A stretch of DNA of 64,000 bases from an uncultured Eubacteriales bacterium (GCA_905207625.1 CAJLLT010000007.1:19358-83357); one strand, 5' to 3'. Numbered from the stretch's first letter, positions 1-10,465 are shown. The notes: generated from the letters alone by a model not told the origin. Numbers and translations are program-made.

Positions 1-362
1 ATAAATACAAGCATCAGCGAAATGCCGGTGACTATTTCCGGGTTAATGATCGGAATATTGGACACATTGATTATCGCGTCCCTTGCCCTTTTCTTTTTAA
101 CATTATAGATACCTACAGCTGCTGTCGTGCCAAGCAGTGAGGAAAGGACAGAGGAACATCCCGCAACCGCAAGAGTATTCATTAAAGCCTCAACCGCACC
201 CTCATTTTTAAAGAGACTGAAGTAGTTATTCAGAGTAAACCCTTTAAAAATGGTTATTGATGTAGGGTTGTCATTGAACGAGTAGAATATCATCAGCAGT
301 ATAGGCGCATAAAGGAACAGAAAAACAATTACGAGGTAGACCCGTGAAAGAACTTTTCTCAT
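1..362 (-). CDS. potC: ABC transporter permease, PotC-like (N-terminal part only; the gene runs off the window start)
   Basis: My own reverse translation from the ATG at 360-362 gives MRKVLSRVYLVIVFLFLYAPILLMIFYSFNDNPTS..., a hydrophobic ABC-permease N-terminus. A GGAGG SD lies upstream. It is the third gene after potA-potB. It is absent from the ORF track because it is truncated. Confidence 0.8.
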   Translation of the reverse strand, partial: MRKVLSRVYLVIVFLFLYAPILLMIFYSFNDNPTSITIFKGFTLNNYFSLFKNEGAVEALMNTLAVAGCSSVLSSLLGTTAAVGIYNVKKKRARDAIINVSNIPIINPEIVTGISLMLVF

Positions 363-371
363 CTCTGCCTC

Positions 372-1175
372 CTATACTATTGCGGAATCTTCGCCGGAAT
401 CGAATTTGTTCATTATCGCCATACTGATCAGAATAATGACCATCAGTACCAGAGCAAGCATCGACCCGATATGGTTATTCGCACCGATTCCCTTGTAATA
501 ACTTTGGATAGTATCACCGATGAGAAAACGTCCGCCGAGGTAGGTACTTATATAAAACGTACTTGCCGCAGGAACGAACACCATGGTTATACCGGTAATT
601 ACACCGGGAACACTGAGGGGCAGAATGATCCGGCGCAGGACATTGAAGCCGTTGCAGCCAAGATCCTGTCCCGCTTCGATCAGGGATCTGCTTATCTTTG
701 CCATTGTGGTATATATCGGAAGGACCATAAACGGCAGATAGTTATATACAATGCCTATGACTATAGCAGTCTCAGTCTGATAGATATGATTATTTCCGAA
801 ACCGAGAACCCCGAGAAGTGAGTCAAGGACGCCGTCGGGTTTGAGAATAAGCATCCAGGCACAGATACGGAGAACGAAATTCATCCACATCGGAAGCATG
901 ATCAGCATATTCATCATCTTCTGCGTCCGGACCTTCATCCGGGACATGATCAACGCCAGAGGATATGCAAGAATAAGGCACACAGCCGTGGAAATCAAAG
1001 CAATTTTCAGCGAATCAACGTAAGTTGAGGCATTTTTCGCAATAAACTGAAGATTATCGAAAGTAAATGCCCCGTTCTTGTCCGTAAAGGCATAATAAAC
1101 GATCATTGCAAGGGGCACTATGACAAATATCGCCATCCAAACTATGTATGGGTAGAGAAGTTTCCTGGATTTCAT
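372..1175 (-). CDS. potB: spermidine/putrescine-type ABC transporter permease
   Basis: 267 aa multi-TM ORF. Its start overlaps the stop of the upstream ATPase gene in an ATGA at 1172-1175. Confidence 0.85.
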   Translation of the reverse strand: MKSRKLLYPYIVWMAIFVIVPLAMIVYYAFTDKNGAFTFDNLQFIAKNASTYVDSLKIALISTAVCLILAYPLALIMSRMKVRTQKMMNMLIMLPMWMNFVLRICAWMLILKPDGVLDSLLGVLGFGNNHIYQTETAIVIGIVYNYLPFMVLPIYTTMAKISRSLIEAGQDLGCNGFNVLRRIILPLSVPGVITGITMVFVPAASTFYISTYLGGRFLIGDTIQSYYKGIGANNHIGSMLALVLMVIILISMAIMNKFDSGEDSAIV

Positions 1176-2590
1176 TTCTCAGCCTCCCTGCGTCCGATCA
1201 AGGAGACCTCCGCCTTCAGCATGTCAAGTATTATACCGACCTCGGACCCCTGCTGTTCATCGATCTGACGGTGTACCACGATACGTCTTCCGTCATCCAT
1301 TTCGACTATCAGTTCATAGCAGTCGTTTTTACCTATAACACTGTAAATATATCCGTTGAGGTCGCCATCGTCTTTTGATGTTATACCTATTGTTTCAGCC
1401 GGGAAATTTATACGGACGGTATCCCCTTCGGAAAAGTTTTCCTCAGAGGGAAACTCCAGTTCTTTTCCCGCAATTTCAACAGTATACAGTCCCGCCTCTA
1501 TGTCCGCCGAAACGATCTCCGTTTCAAAGGCATTGACATCGGTGGTATACATTTTCTTCATTATGTGAATGTTGTCCGGCGTGACATACATTCCTATTTT
1601 GTCCCCGACCTTTGCGGGCTTTGTGGAATGGATCAGCCATATGCACTCAGCACTGTCGGAGTTTACTGTTATTTCAAAATGAACGCCTTTAAAAAGGCAG
1701 CTCTCCACTACACCGGTTATAAGACCCTTTTCGGGAGACACAACCTCAATATCTTCGGGACGGATAACGACATCGACTTCGACATCGTTGTCCGGACGGG
1801 GATCGACACACGGCAGAGATGCCCCCTTGACAATGACAACATCATCCTCGTACATCTGACCGTCAATTATGTTGCTTTCTCCGATAAAATCGGCAACAAA
1901 AGCATTTTTAGGCTCGTTATAGATATCCTGGGGAGAACCGATTTGCTGAATTATGCCGTTATTCATTACGACAACGGTATCAGACATGGTCAGGGCTTCC
2001 TCCTGATCATGAGTAACATATATAAAGGTTATGCCGGTCTTTATCTGAATGCTCTTCAGCTCCAGCTGCATTTCCTTTCTCAGTTTCAGATCAAGCGCTC
2101 CGAGGGGCTCATCCAGCAAAAGGACTTTGGGCTTATTGATAAGAGCACGGGCGATGGCAACACGCTGTTGCTGACCGCCGGACAGAGACTGAATATTCCG
2201 TTGACCGAATCCCTTGAGATTGACGACCGAAAGCATTTCTTCGACAAGAGGTTTTATCTGCTGTTTCGGGACTTTTTTGATGTTCAGACCGAATGCAACG
2301 TTTTCATATACGTTAAGGTGCGGAAACAGTGCGTACTTCTGAAACACAGTATTGACATTACGTTTATACGGGGGCAGGTCATTGATATTTTCACCCGCAA
2401 AAAAAACATTACCACTGTCCTGCTTCTGGAAGCCCGCGATGATTCTTAACGTCGTGGTCTTACCGCAGCCGCTGGGACCGAGTAATGTAACAAATTCCTT
2501 GTCTCTTATGTACAAGTTCAGATTGTCAAGTATCTTTTCCCCATCAAAAGCAACCGAAATATCTTCGAGTCGAATGATGTTTTCTGCCAT
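1172..2590 (-). CDS. potA: spermidine/putrescine-type ABC transporter ATP-binding protein with an extended C-terminus
   Basis: Walker [13 protein letters not shown] signature [15 protein letters not shown] and Walker B LLLDEP are present. At 472 aa it is about 100 aa longer than typical PotA. Confidence 0.9.
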   Translation of the reverse strand: MAENIIRLEDISVAFDGEKILDNLNLYIRDKEFVTLLGPSGCGKTTTLRIIAGFQKQDSGNVFFAGENINDLPPYKRNVNTVFQKYALFPHLNVYENVAFGLNIKKVPKQQIKPLVEEMLSVVNLKGFGQRNIQSLSGGQQQRVAIARALINKPKVLLLDEPLGALDLKLRKEMQLELKSIQIKTGITFIYVTHDQEEALTMSDTVVVMNNGIIQQIGSPQDIYNEPKNAFVADFIGESNIIDGQMYEDDVVIVKGASLPCVDPRPDNDVEVDVVIRPEDIEVVSPEKGLITGVVESCLFKGVHFEITVNSDSAECIWLIHSTKPAKVGDKIGMYVTPDNIHIMKKMYTTDVNAFETEIVSADIEAGLYTVEIAGKELEFPSEENFSEGDTVRINFPAETIGITSKDDGDLNGYIYSVIGKNDCYELIVEMDDGRRIVVHRQIDEQQGSEVGIILDMLKAEVSLIGRREAEK

Positions 2591-2656
2591 CTATCTATCT
2601 CCCATCATCTGCTGTGCCGGAAACACGTCGACACAGTTTTCGATTTTTATACGCAT

Positions 2657-2684
2657 ATAATATCATATATTTTGCAATTGTCAA
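2657..2684 (-). promoter_or_regulatory. sigma-A-like promoter for potABC (TTGACA-16-TATTAT read on the minus strand)
   Basis: The reverse complement of 2679-2684 is TTGACA and that of 2657-2662 is TATTAT. It sits about 70 nt upstream of the potA ATG. Confidence 0.5.
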
Positions 2685-2724
2685 GGCATTTCCCAAAAAT
2701 TTAAACATTTTTCGTCAAAAAATA

Positions 2725-3723
2725 TTATTTTTCGCGCCACAAAAACTTTTTGAGAAAAAAAGGTTCCGTTCTGAACTCTCTGCCGTTGAGATAATCCAGG
2801 CAGGTCTGCTCTTTTTCCGTATCAAAATCAAACCGCAGATAGGCTGAACAAAGAGCCTGATGTTCGAATTTATACGGTTTATCGGAAAAGAAGGTTTTAT
2901 TCTGCTTCAGACTGCCGTATTTTGTATCTCCGAGCAACGGATGTCCGATAAAAGCCATATGAGCACGGATCTGATGTGTTCTGCCGGTATAAAGATCAAC
3001 CCTCAGCAGTGACACTTCACCGTCGGTCTTCTCCAGTCTGTACCCTGTTTTTATGGGCAGATAGCCGTTTTCGGAGGCGAATCTTTCGTCCGCAGTTATC
3101 CTGACGGTATTGTTTTCGGAATCCTTTTTCAGAAATGCAGTCAGAATCGCGGACGCAGGTTCGGGAACACCGAAAACAAGGCAGGAATAGACTTTGCTCA
3201 GTTCTCTCTGTTTTATTTTACCGTTCATCACCCTCAGAGCTTCCGCATTTTTCGCGGCGATTACAAGTCCTTGAGTGTTCTTGTCAATACGGTTGCACAA
3301 CGCGGGAGCAAAAGCCTTTTCGTTTTCCGGCGAATACTCCCCCTTCCGGGCGAGATAAGACTGTATCTGGTTTACAAGGGTGTTAAAGCTTTCCTTGTCG
3401 TCGCTCTGGCAGATGAGTCCCACGGACTTGTCCGCTATGAGTATGTTTTCATCCTCAAAAACAACATCGAACCCCTTACGGACACGGGAAAGGTCGACAG
3501 TCCGGTCTTCCCTCTCCCCAAAAAACTCGTCGCTGATATAAAGGGTAAGCACGTCACCCTTCTCAAGAACATGATCGGCGGAAACGTGCTTCCCGTTAAC
3601 TTTTATGCATTTTTTCCGGATATACTTTTGCAGCAGTGACTTCGGCATAGTCCTGAAACGCTTGGACATGTACCTGTCAAGACGTTGACCGCAGTCATTT
3701 CCGCCGATCACAAGTTGTCTCAT
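2725..3723 (-). CDS. RluA-family pseudouridine synthase with an N-terminal S4 domain
   Basis: 332 aa ORF with the motif HQIRAHMAFIGHPLLGD. Its ATG overlaps the stop of the upstream glucokinase gene (ATGA at 3720-3723). Confidence 0.85.
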   Translation of the reverse strand: MRQLVIGGNDCGQRLDRYMSKRFRTMPKSLLQKYIRKKCIKVNGKHVSADHVLEKGDVLTLYISDEFFGEREDRTVDLSRVRKGFDVVFEDENILIADKSVGLICQSDDKESFNTLVNQIQSYLARKGEYSPENEKAFAPALCNRIDKNTQGLVIAAKNAEALRVMNGKIKQRELSKVYSCLVFGVPEPASAILTAFLKKDSENNTVRITADERFASENGYLPIKTGYRLEKTDGEVSLLRVDLYTGRTHQIRAHMAFIGHPLLGDTKYGSLKQNKTFFSDKPYKFEHQALCSAYLRFDFDTEKEQTCLDYLNGREFRTEPFFLKKFLWREK

Positions 3724-4673
3724 TGCTTGACGGCGTTTACGAGGGCGGCTCCGATAATACCGGCATCATTGCCCAATTTCGCAATCTCTATGACCTGCTC
3801 GGGGTTTCTGTCTCCGCCGTAAACATGTTCCTTCACAAATTTCTTAAGGGGAACAAGCAGAGTGTCTCCCTCATTGCAGATTCCTCCGCCGATAATGAGA
3901 ACTTCCGGTCTGAAAATATTGATTATGTCAACAAGTCCCTCGGCAATGTAAATTATATACTTGTCAACAACGTCCTTTGCAATCTTGTCGCCTTTTCTCA
4001 TTGCATCAAAGGCGGTTCTGCCGCTCACGGTGTCCTGGGTCGCCATCTGATTCATTATGGATTCGGGATGCTCAAGCATGGCTCTTTTTGTCTGACGGAT
4101 AAGCGCCGTTGCGGAGGCATAAGCTTCCCAGCAGCCTTTTCTGCCGCAGCTGCACTGTTCGCCGTCATGAATAAGCATCATGTGTCCCAGTTCCGCACCC
4201 GCGGAATGCTGTCCCTCATAGATCTTGCCGTCAATGACGATACCGCCGCCAACACCTGTTCCAAGGGTAATCATTACAGCATTTTTCACACCTTTGGCGG
4301 CACCGGAAACCACCTCGCCCAGGGCGGCAACATTCGCGTCATTGCCCAGATAAACAGGCTTATCGATATACTTCTGCAAAAGCTCACGCATAGGCACATT
4401 GTGTCCGTATTTGAAGTTATTTGCATAAACAAGCACGCCTTTTTCGGTATTTACCGAACCCGGTGTGCCTATACCTATGGACTTTATTTCATCAAGTGAA
4501 ACCTTCTGTTCTGAAAGCAGCGTCATGATGCAGTCCGCCATATCCCTGAATATATCCTCAAAGGGACGGTTTGCACCTGTCTTTATGGATTTTTTCGCTT
4601 TTATAGCGCCCTGTTCCGTTACTATCCCGACGGCAATATTGGTTCCGCCGAGGTCCACACCTATATAATACAT
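3720..4673 (-). CDS. glcK: ROK-family glucokinase
   Basis: N-terminus MYYIGVDLGGTNIAVG and the ROK zinc motif CSCGRKGCWEAYAS. I chose the internal ATG at 4673 over the ORF-track start at 4730. Confidence 0.85.
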   Translation of the reverse strand: MYYIGVDLGGTNIAVGIVTEQGAIKAKKSIKTGANRPFEDIFRDMADCIMTLLSEQKVSLDEIKSIGIGTPGSVNTEKGVLVYANNFKYGHNVPMRELLQKYIDKPVYLGNDANVAALGEVVSGAAKGVKNAVMITLGTGVGGGIVIDGKIYEGQHSAGAELGHMMLIHDGEQCSCGRKGCWEAYASATALIRQTKRAMLEHPESIMNQMATQDTVSGRTAFDAMRKGDKIAKDVVDKYIIYIAEGLVDIINIFRPEVLIIGGGICNEGDTLLVPLKKFVKEHVYGGDRNPEQVIEIAKLGNDAGIIGAALVNAVKQ

Positions 4674-4780
4674 GATCTTCCTCCGAAAAACGATTTTCTT
4701 TATATTACCACAGAAATGCGCAAAAGTCAAGTTTAATGTCCTCCTTCCTCCCTGTTTTTCGGAATAATTACAAAAAAAGG

Positions 4781-4809
4781 TTGCAAAAAGTAACAGAGTG
4801 TGGTATAAT
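4781..4809 (+). promoter_or_regulatory. sigma-A-like promoter TTGCAA-17-TGgTATAAT
   Basis: -35 at 4781-4786, -10 at 4804-4809 with an extended TG, about 35 nt upstream of the amidase ATG. Confidence 0.6.
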
Positions 4810-4842
4810 CAGTGCGTAACAATTTTCTCCGAAAGGAAAAAT

Positions 4843-5886
4843 ATGAATACAAAACAACGTATAAACGCGGTACGCAGACGAAGACTCCTGATTCGCAGAA
4901 TAATGATAGTTGCGGTGGCTCTTGCCCTTGTTTCGGGGATCATACTCCTTACAGTTGCCATTGCCGGCTCAGCAAAAAAACCGGAGCCGGCCACCGAACC
5001 GCCAACCTCCGAAGCGACCGAACCGCAGACTGCTCCTTCCGAAAACACAGTTGACAGCAAATACTACTTTGACCCGGATTCCTTTTCGGAATGGGAAAAG
5101 ATAGACTTACTGAAGTATTCGGGACAAGTTCTCCCAAAAGTATTTCCGAATCCGGGATATATATATGATTCGTTTGCAACCGATATCGTAAAACTGGGAT
5201 CAAATGACAAAAAAGTAATAGTTATCGATGCCGGGCATCAGACTCAGGAGGATATAGTCAGAGCGGATGTATGGATGTCTCCGTATCTTGACCCTGCGGA
5301 TGAGGACTCATGGGTCAGGAAGCATTACATGAAAGTCGGAGCGACCGGCGTCAGTACGAAAAAAGCCGAAGCACAGACGACCCATGCACTGGCACTGAAG
5401 CTGAAGAAGGAACTCGAATCCGCCGGATTCACGGTATACCTGTCACATCCGGACATAGATTCAATGCTGAGTGCAGCCGAACGCGCGGCGGTAGCGAACA
5501 GAAACAACGCAGACCTGATGATTTCCCTTCACTGCAATTTCGACAGCGAATACCGTTCCACCCGGGGTGTTGAAGTCTACTACCCCGAAGTTTACGAGGG
5601 ATATCCGGACAAAACGCTTTCATATCTTTCCGAAAGAGCGGCAAAGGTTTTTCTTGATGAATATACGGCGGTAACGGGACTGAAAAAGAGAAGCGTCGGA
5701 GGATGGACCCTTACATCGATGTTCAATTTCTGTAAGAGCCCCATAATTCTCGTGGAACTGGGCTATACTTCCAACCCCGATGAAGACGAGGCTCTGAACA
5801 GTGAGGATTTTCAGCAGCTTATGGCAGAGGGGCTAACCCGGAGCACCTGCAAATACTTTGCCCTGCTCAAGAATTACGGCAAATAA
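4843..5886 (+). CDS. N-acetylmuramoyl-L-alanine amidase (Amidase_3 type), membrane-anchored
   Basis: N-terminal basic stretch plus TM helix, a PEPATEPPTSEATEP linker, and a C-terminal domain with VIDAGHQ and LHCN motifs typical of Amidase_3. I chose the start MNTKQ at 4843. Confidence 0.8.
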   Translation: MNTKQRINAVRRRRLLIRRIMIVAVALALVSGIILLTVAIAGSAKKPEPATEPPTSEATEPQTAPSENTVDSKYYFDPDSFSEWEKIDLLKYSGQVLPKVFPNPGYIYDSFATDIVKLGSNDKKVIVIDAGHQTQEDIVRADVWMSPYLDPADEDSWVRKHYMKVGATGVSTKKAEAQTTHALALKLKKELESAGFTVYLSHPDIDSMLSAAERAAVANRNNADLMISLHCNFDSEYRSTRGVEVYYPEVYEGYPDKTLSYLSERAAKVFLDEYTAVTGLKKRSVGGWTLTSMFNFCKSPIILVELGYTSNPDEDEALNSEDFQQLMAEGLTRSTCKYFALLKNYGK

Positions 5887-5920
5887 CCTTTTCTCCGGAA
5901 ATTGCATAAATTAAAAACAC

Positions 5921-5950
5921 AAAGCGTACCAGTTGCAACCGGTACGCTTT
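5921..5950. terminator. bidirectional hairpin terminator between convergent genes
   Basis: AAAGCGTACC (5921-5930) pairs with GGTACGCTTT (5941-5950). A and T runs flank it on both sides. Confidence 0.6.
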
Positions 5951-5993
5951 TAATATCAAACAAATCTACAAAGAGGACTCTGACACCTTATAC

Positions 5994-6731
5994 TCAGGGC
6001 TGATCCCTGAAAACCTGATCCTCCTGCTGTGGCTGCCCTGGCTGAGAGTCAGAGGCAACGTAACGCACGAGTATCGGATAGACAAGAAAATTATTGAACA
6101 GACTGCACAACGTAAAGGAAAAGAACAGTATAAAAGGCATACTCAGAGGGAACAGCAAAAGACAAGCGGCAGTGATGACGCCGTTGAAAAGAATCATCAG
6201 AAGGTTCTGCCCGAGTTTGTAAATGCCGAGGATCAGACTGTTTTTAAGTATGTTCTTCAGCGGAAGGTCAAAGGAGACCAGCATGGGAAAAACATAAAAA
6301 TTAGTGCAGACCAGAATATAAGCCACCAGAAATACGCACACAAGAGCTATTGTTCTCACGATTCCCGACACCGCAAGCTGAGACGAGGACCAGAAGAAGT
6401 AGGAATACACCGTAAGAAAAGCGACTACGGCGTCAATGAGCATGACTGCAAGACCCTTCAGGAAATTCTCTTTCCCCTTTTCCACGAAATCCGAAAAGAA
6501 GTAAGCGTGTTTTGACTGGGAAAAGTTCCTCATGACATAAGTCATACCGGCAGTGGCGCCGCCTATGGTAACTATCGGCAGACAGGCAAAAACATACAAC
6601 GCATTCAACGCTATTATCTGCCAGAACCGATGACCTATGACTTTAAAAAAACGGATGAACCCTACCGGCTGTTTTTCGTCCTTCCGGACACCGGGGCCCT
6701 CCGCTTCGTAATTCGGTCTGAATAAACTCAT
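5994..6731 (-). CDS. DUF624 (YesL-like) membrane protein
   Basis: 245 aa multi-TM ORF. The N-terminal region ...RFWQIIALNALYVFACLPIVTIGGATAGMTYV resembles the YesL family. Confidence 0.65.
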   Translation of the reverse strand: MSLFRPNYEAEGPGVRKDEKQPVGFIRFFKVIGHRFWQIIALNALYVFACLPIVTIGGATAGMTYVMRNFSQSKHAYFFSDFVEKGKENFLKGLAVMLIDAVVAFLTVYSYFFWSSSQLAVSGIVRTIALVCVFLVAYILVCTNFYVFPMLVSFDLPLKNILKNSLILGIYKLGQNLLMILFNGVITAACLLLFPLSMPFILFFSFTLCSLFNNFLVYPILVRYVASDSQPGQPQQEDQVFRDQP

Positions 6732-6768
6732 TTCTGATTTCCCTTACATTTTTTATGTATTGATTATA

Positions 6769-7344
6769 TCAGAAAAAAGCGGCTTTGTCAAGGAACATTT
6801 CAACAGTTTTATTACATAACCATGGCATTAAATACGCATTGTACAATGCAGCAAAAAAGTTGACAAGAACGCCGGCGGCACACTGTACGGAGAAACTCCG
6901 CAGCCTGTCTGCGCCGACATTACGGCACCCGTTGATGATATCGAAAGAGAGTTCCGAGCCGTATCGGCATAAAACCGAAAGAGAGATAATACGGACCAAT
7001 GCCGAAAAAGCAAAGGCGACAACCACTGATCCCGATACCGAATCCGATGCAATGAGATATCCGAGGGCGACGCCCATGAAATAAGACCTGGCCGCAAGGA
7101 TCGGATATACAAAAAGAAAACCTAAAATGAAGCCCCCGAGAAGACATATCAGAACCGCAGACCCAAGATCGGCAAAGAGATTCTTTGCCAGATATTGTCC
7201 CGGGTACAGTGAAACAAGATCAATTTGTGAACCCGGAAGATCCTGTTTTATCCCGAAAGCTCCCCCGATACAGAAACAAACAAGCCCAAGGAGTGCAGAA
7301 AATGCAAGTTTGGCTCTTTCATCCTTCAGCAACAAAATCATCAC
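6769..7344 (-). CDS. integral membrane protein (weak SpoIIM-like resemblance)
   Basis: 191 aa ORF with 5-6 predicted TM helices. The functional call is weak. Confidence 0.5.
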   Translation of the reverse strand: MMILLLKDERAKLAFSALLGLVCFCIGGAFGIKQDLPGSQIDLVSLYPGQYLAKNLFADLGSAVLICLLGGFILGFLFVYPILAARSYFMGVALGYLIASDSVSGSVVVAFAFSALVRIISLSVLCRYGSELSFDIINGCRNVGADRLRSFSVQCAAGVLVNFFAALYNAYLMPWLCNKTVEMFLDKAAFF

Positions 7345-7372
7345 CCCATAGCATGAGTATGGGGTGACTGAA

Positions 7373-7630
7373 TTATTTATTCCCGCTGCCGTCCCTCGGA
7401 CGGATCCGGATCAGAGCAAGATAAGTAAGTATTCCGATCGCAAAGGACTGCACTCCGGACTGTATCAGTCCGTCACAAAGCTGCGTTCTTTCTATGGGTG
7501 CAATATTTCCTCCGAGTCTGATCAGAAAGATCACCGCGACTAACTGAAGAATTGAGAATATCGCCGAAAAAATCAAAAATTTTTCCGGAAATGTTTCCCT
7601 GCTTATTATTGCGGTCAGTTTTTGTTTCAT
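7373..7630 (-). CDS. small membrane protein, function unknown
   Basis: 85 aa ORF with two hydrophobic helices. I recognise no family. Confidence 0.4.
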   Translation of the reverse strand: MKQKLTAIISRETFPEKFLIFSAIFSILQLVAVIFLIRLGGNIAPIERTQLCDGLIQSGVQSFAIGILTYLALIRIRPRDGSGNK

Positions 7631-7802
7631 GCTGATGCTCCTTATCGTAATATTTACTGATTTTCAGAAACCGTCCTTAAGGATACGGGAAATAGGATCA
7701 CGCTTCCTTCAAGAGCATTTTATCACAGTTAATAAGGGATTTCAACCATCGGAATTTTCCACTCACGGCAAGCATATCCATTTTTATAAAGGAGTGGTAC
7801 TT

Positions 7803-9077
7803 TTGGCTGTATTCAACTTTTTCGCAGAGACATTACCGACGCTGATGCTCATTGCCGCCGGAGTCATTTTTACTGTCCGTCTGAAGTTCTTTCAATTCCG
7901 ACCGGTCAGGTTGACGTTTGCGGCAATAAAATCCTCCGTCAAAGAAGGAAACCGTAATATTTTTTCTTACTTTTCCACCTCTCTGGCGGGGGCTGTCGGA
8001 ACCGGGAACATTATAGGTGTGGCGACGGCGATCACAATAGGAGGTCCCGGAGCAATATTCTGGATGTGGTGTGCCGGTCTGCTGGGAATGGCTACAAAAT
8101 ATGCCGAGGTCTTTCTTGCGGGAAAAAACAGTTTATTTTGCAAAAACGGAAACTTCAGTCCCATGTCTTATATCCGGAAAGCTTTCGGAAACGGGTTATT
8201 CCCTGAAATTTTTGCTTTTTTCGGTCTTGCGTCGGCATTTACCATGGGAAATATGCTGCAAAGCAATACCGCAAGTCTTTGTCTTTCCGATACTTTACCC
8301 CGGTTGCATCCGGGGATTTTCGGAGCGGTCATCGGGATCGTGGTTTTATGTGTAACCGTGGGAGGATTGAAAAGAATAACTTCTGTTTTTGAAAAGAGCA
8401 TTCCGTTTATGACAGTGATATTCATTCTCCTTGGACTGTTTTGCTGTATAAAAAATGCCCGGGTGATCCCCGGGGTATTCCGTATCATATTCCGCTCGGC
8501 ATTCAACCCCGGCGCCGCAGCGGGAGGTATAGCCGGTGTAACTTTCATGACCTGTCTGCGGACAGGTGCAGTAAAAGGGCTGATGTCAAATGAAGCAGGT
8601 ATGGGCAGTGCCGGTTTTGCTTATGCCAATGCGAACGGGGCAAGCCCGGGACTTCAGGGACTGTGGGGAGCTCTGGATGTATTCACCGACACTATCGTTC
8701 TGTCCACGGTAACGGCCCTGATAATAATGACCTGTCCCCTGTTTCCCGCGGCGGTGCCTTCGGTTCTTGATGCGTCAACATACAGTTTTGGCCCGGCCGC
8801 CGCTGTAGCCGTAACCGTGTGTGTTTTCTTTTTTGCAGTGGCATCGGTAATAACATGGTCCTATTACGGAGAATCATGTTTTTCTTTCCTGACAAACGGC
8901 GAGTTCATTCTGGTATACCGGATAGTTTTTGCCGCATTTGCGGTACTGGGATCGATATCGTCACCGATGTCGGTCTGGAACATTGCGGAAGCGGCAAATG
9001 CAGGAATGCTGTATACAAACCTTCCGGCACTGTTTGCGCTGAGAAAAGACGTGCACTTATATCGGGAAGACCGCTGA
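7803..9077 (+). CDS. alanine/glycine:cation symporter (AGCS family)
   Basis: Motif SLAGAVGTGNIIGVATAITIGGPGAIFWMWCAGLLGMATKYAEVFLA. The start is proposed at TTG 7803, 8 nt after the SD AAAGGAG (7788-7794). The ORF-track start at 7629 is probably too far upstream. Confidence 0.8.
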   Translation: MAVFNFFAETLPTLMLIAAGVIFTVRLKFFQFRPVRLTFAAIKSSVKEGNRNIFSYFSTSLAGAVGTGNIIGVATAITIGGPGAIFWMWCAGLLGMATKYAEVFLAGKNSLFCKNGNFSPMSYIRKAFGNGLFPEIFAFFGLASAFTMGNMLQSNTASLCLSDTLPRLHPGIFGAVIGIVVLCVTVGGLKRITSVFEKSIPFMTVIFILLGLFCCIKNARVIPGVFRIIFRSAFNPGAAAGGIAGVTFMTCLRTGAVKGLMSNEAGMGSAGFAYANANGASPGLQGLWGALDVFTDTIVLSTVTALIIMTCPLFPAAVPSVLDASTYSFGPAAAVAVTVCVFFFAVASVITWSYYGESCFSFLTNGEFILVYRIVFAAFAVLGSISSPMSVWNIAEAANAGMLYTNLPALFALRKDVHLYREDR

Positions 9078-9090
9078 CCGCGGTTGAAAT

Positions 9091-9273
9091 TCAGCCATCT
9101 TTTGTACCTTTTCCGTTGATTTTCTTCGGTTTTCTTTCACAGGCAACGGGAAATCCGTTTTTGAAATCAAGATGAAAGGCCCTGCAACTGATACAGTCTC
9201 CCTTTCGAGGGCAGAAGCTTCGTGAGCAGGGGCAATCGGACTCAGGCTTCCGAACAGTTTTTATCGTTTTCAT
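9091..9273 (-). CDS. small cysteine-rich protein (DUF6485-like)
   Basis: 60 aa ORF with CPCSRSFCPRKGDCISCRAFHLDFKNGFPVAC. A GGAGG SD lies upstream of the ATG. Confidence 0.55.
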   Translation of the reverse strand: MKTIKTVRKPESDCPCSRSFCPRKGDCISCRAFHLDFKNGFPVACERKPKKINGKGTKDG

Positions 9274-9332
9274 TCTCTACCTCCGCAGGACAACTTCAAT
9301 ACAGTATTTGTCCGGAGATGAGTATCTTATAC

Positions 9333-9357
9333 AAAAAAAGCCCCGCAAAAGCGGGGT
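9333..9357 (-). terminator. intrinsic terminator after the divIC-like gene
   Basis: On the minus strand CCCCGC-TTTT-GCGGGG is followed by a T run. Confidence 0.7.
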
Positions 9358-9404
9358 TAAATTCATGTCAAGCGCATCAGAGATGTCTGCCATACCCGGA
9401 TGCT

Positions 9405-9683
9405 TTATTTACCGGGGATATTGACGTAGATCTTTTCGTCGTATTCTCCATACCCAAGGTCATCCTCGGCAACGGTACGGTAAAAATCCTCAGCATTTTC
9501 ATCGGAAAGGATAGAACGGTACTCCTCGTTTCTGACCTTCTGGTCATTTATCCGGTCCACGATTCCTGAAATCTGCTTTTCAGTGTCTGCAATACTGGCA
9601 CGCATGATAAAAAAGGTGGCAGAGCAGATAACAGCGACTACACAGAGAACACATTTAAGCAATAAACCGAACGTTTTTTTCAA
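9405..9683 (-). CDS. divIC: septum formation initiator (FtsB/DivIC family)
   Basis: 92 aa ORF with an N-terminal TM helix and then a coiled coil. It follows yabP-yabQ, as in Bacillus. Confidence 0.7.
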   Translation of the reverse strand: MKKTFGLLLKCVLCVVAVICSATFFIMRASIADTEKQISGIVDRINDQKVRNEEYRSILSDENAEDFYRTVAEDDLGYGEYDEKIYVNIPGK

Positions 9684-9759
9684 CTCTAACGTGCCCTCCA
9701 GTCGATTATTTTCTATATTATACCACGTTTTTCTATCTTTTGCAAGTTATTTCGACAAA

Positions 9760-10086
9760 TTATTGCAACTTTTTTTCAACATTTTTACGCCTGCGTCTGA
9801 ACAAAGTCCTGAAAACGCCGGATAACCACAGTAAAAGTAAAAACCCAAGAAGCGTACCGATAACAAGATACAAACGGACCTGCCCCGCAGAGACTATAAA
9901 GGAGAAAACGAGAAAAAGCAAAGCGCAAACAAGACAAAACAAAATGTCAGTTATCCAGCAGACGGCGATACCGTTACGGAAAAGTTTCCTTATCAGTGCG
10001 AAGACCGAATACAGAATGAACTGTACCGCACCAAGAGCCAGTGCCAGAGAAAATGTCAGAAGCTGATTCAAAGGGTCTATACGCAT
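9760..10086 (-). CDS. yabQ: spore cortex biosynthesis protein YabQ
   Basis: Multi-TM protein immediately downstream of yabP. I chose the start MRIDPLNQ at 10086; the longer ORF-track start would overlap yabP. Confidence 0.7.
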   Translation of the reverse strand: MRIDPLNQLLTFSLALALGAVQFILYSVFALIRKLFRNGIAVCWITDILFCLVCALLFLVFSFIVSAGQVRLYLVIGTLLGFLLLLWLSGVFRTLFRRRRKNVEKKLQ

Positions 10087-10090
10087 AGCT

Positions 10091-10393
10091 TCACCGGAAA
10101 AGTTTTTTAATGGTGCTTTCGTTTCTGCCCGCAGTGTTTGAGCAGCCGTTGTATTCCAGGGAGTTAATCTGCCCCTCAACCGTGAGATCACCGTCACCCT
10201 GTCCCACCTGCAACCGGCTGATTTTCAGCCCGCTGCCCTTAACGGTAAGTTTTCCCATAACGGTGTACAGCAGAACGCTTTTCTCATCAAAACAAACCAC
10301 ATCGTTTACCCCGGTCAGAGTAAGGATCTTCCTTGACTGCATGGTCAGAGTGTGATTCTCCGCCATTACTTCCTCATTGTTGTTCACAGACAT
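10091..10393 (-). CDS. yabP: sporulation protein YabP
   Basis: 100 aa ORF with ...LTLTGVNDVVCFDEKSVLLYTVMGKLTVKGSGLKISRL..., typical of YabP. Confidence 0.85.
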   Translation of the reverse strand: MSVNNNEEVMAENHTLTMQSRKILTLTGVNDVVCFDEKSVLLYTVMGKLTVKGSGLKISRLQVGQGDGDLTVEGQINSLEYNGCSNTAGRNESTIKKLFR

Positions 10394-10465
10394 AGTCAGC
10401 CCCCATACAGCACATTTGTTAACAATATATGCTGCACGGGGGCATGAATATTACAAAGACAAAAT

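Noticed and set aside
7631-7802. A possible glycine riboswitch upstream of the AGCS symporter.
   Set aside because: The conserved glycine-aptamer cores (GGAGAG...CACCGAAGGGGCAA-type) are not present on either strand.
10401-10446. An imperfect GCCCCC...GGGGGC hairpin between yabO and yabP, as a terminator or sigma-E promoter region.
   Set aside because: No U tail follows it on the minus strand and I could identify no convincing sigma-E -35/-10 elements. It may still be structural, but the evidence is insufficient.
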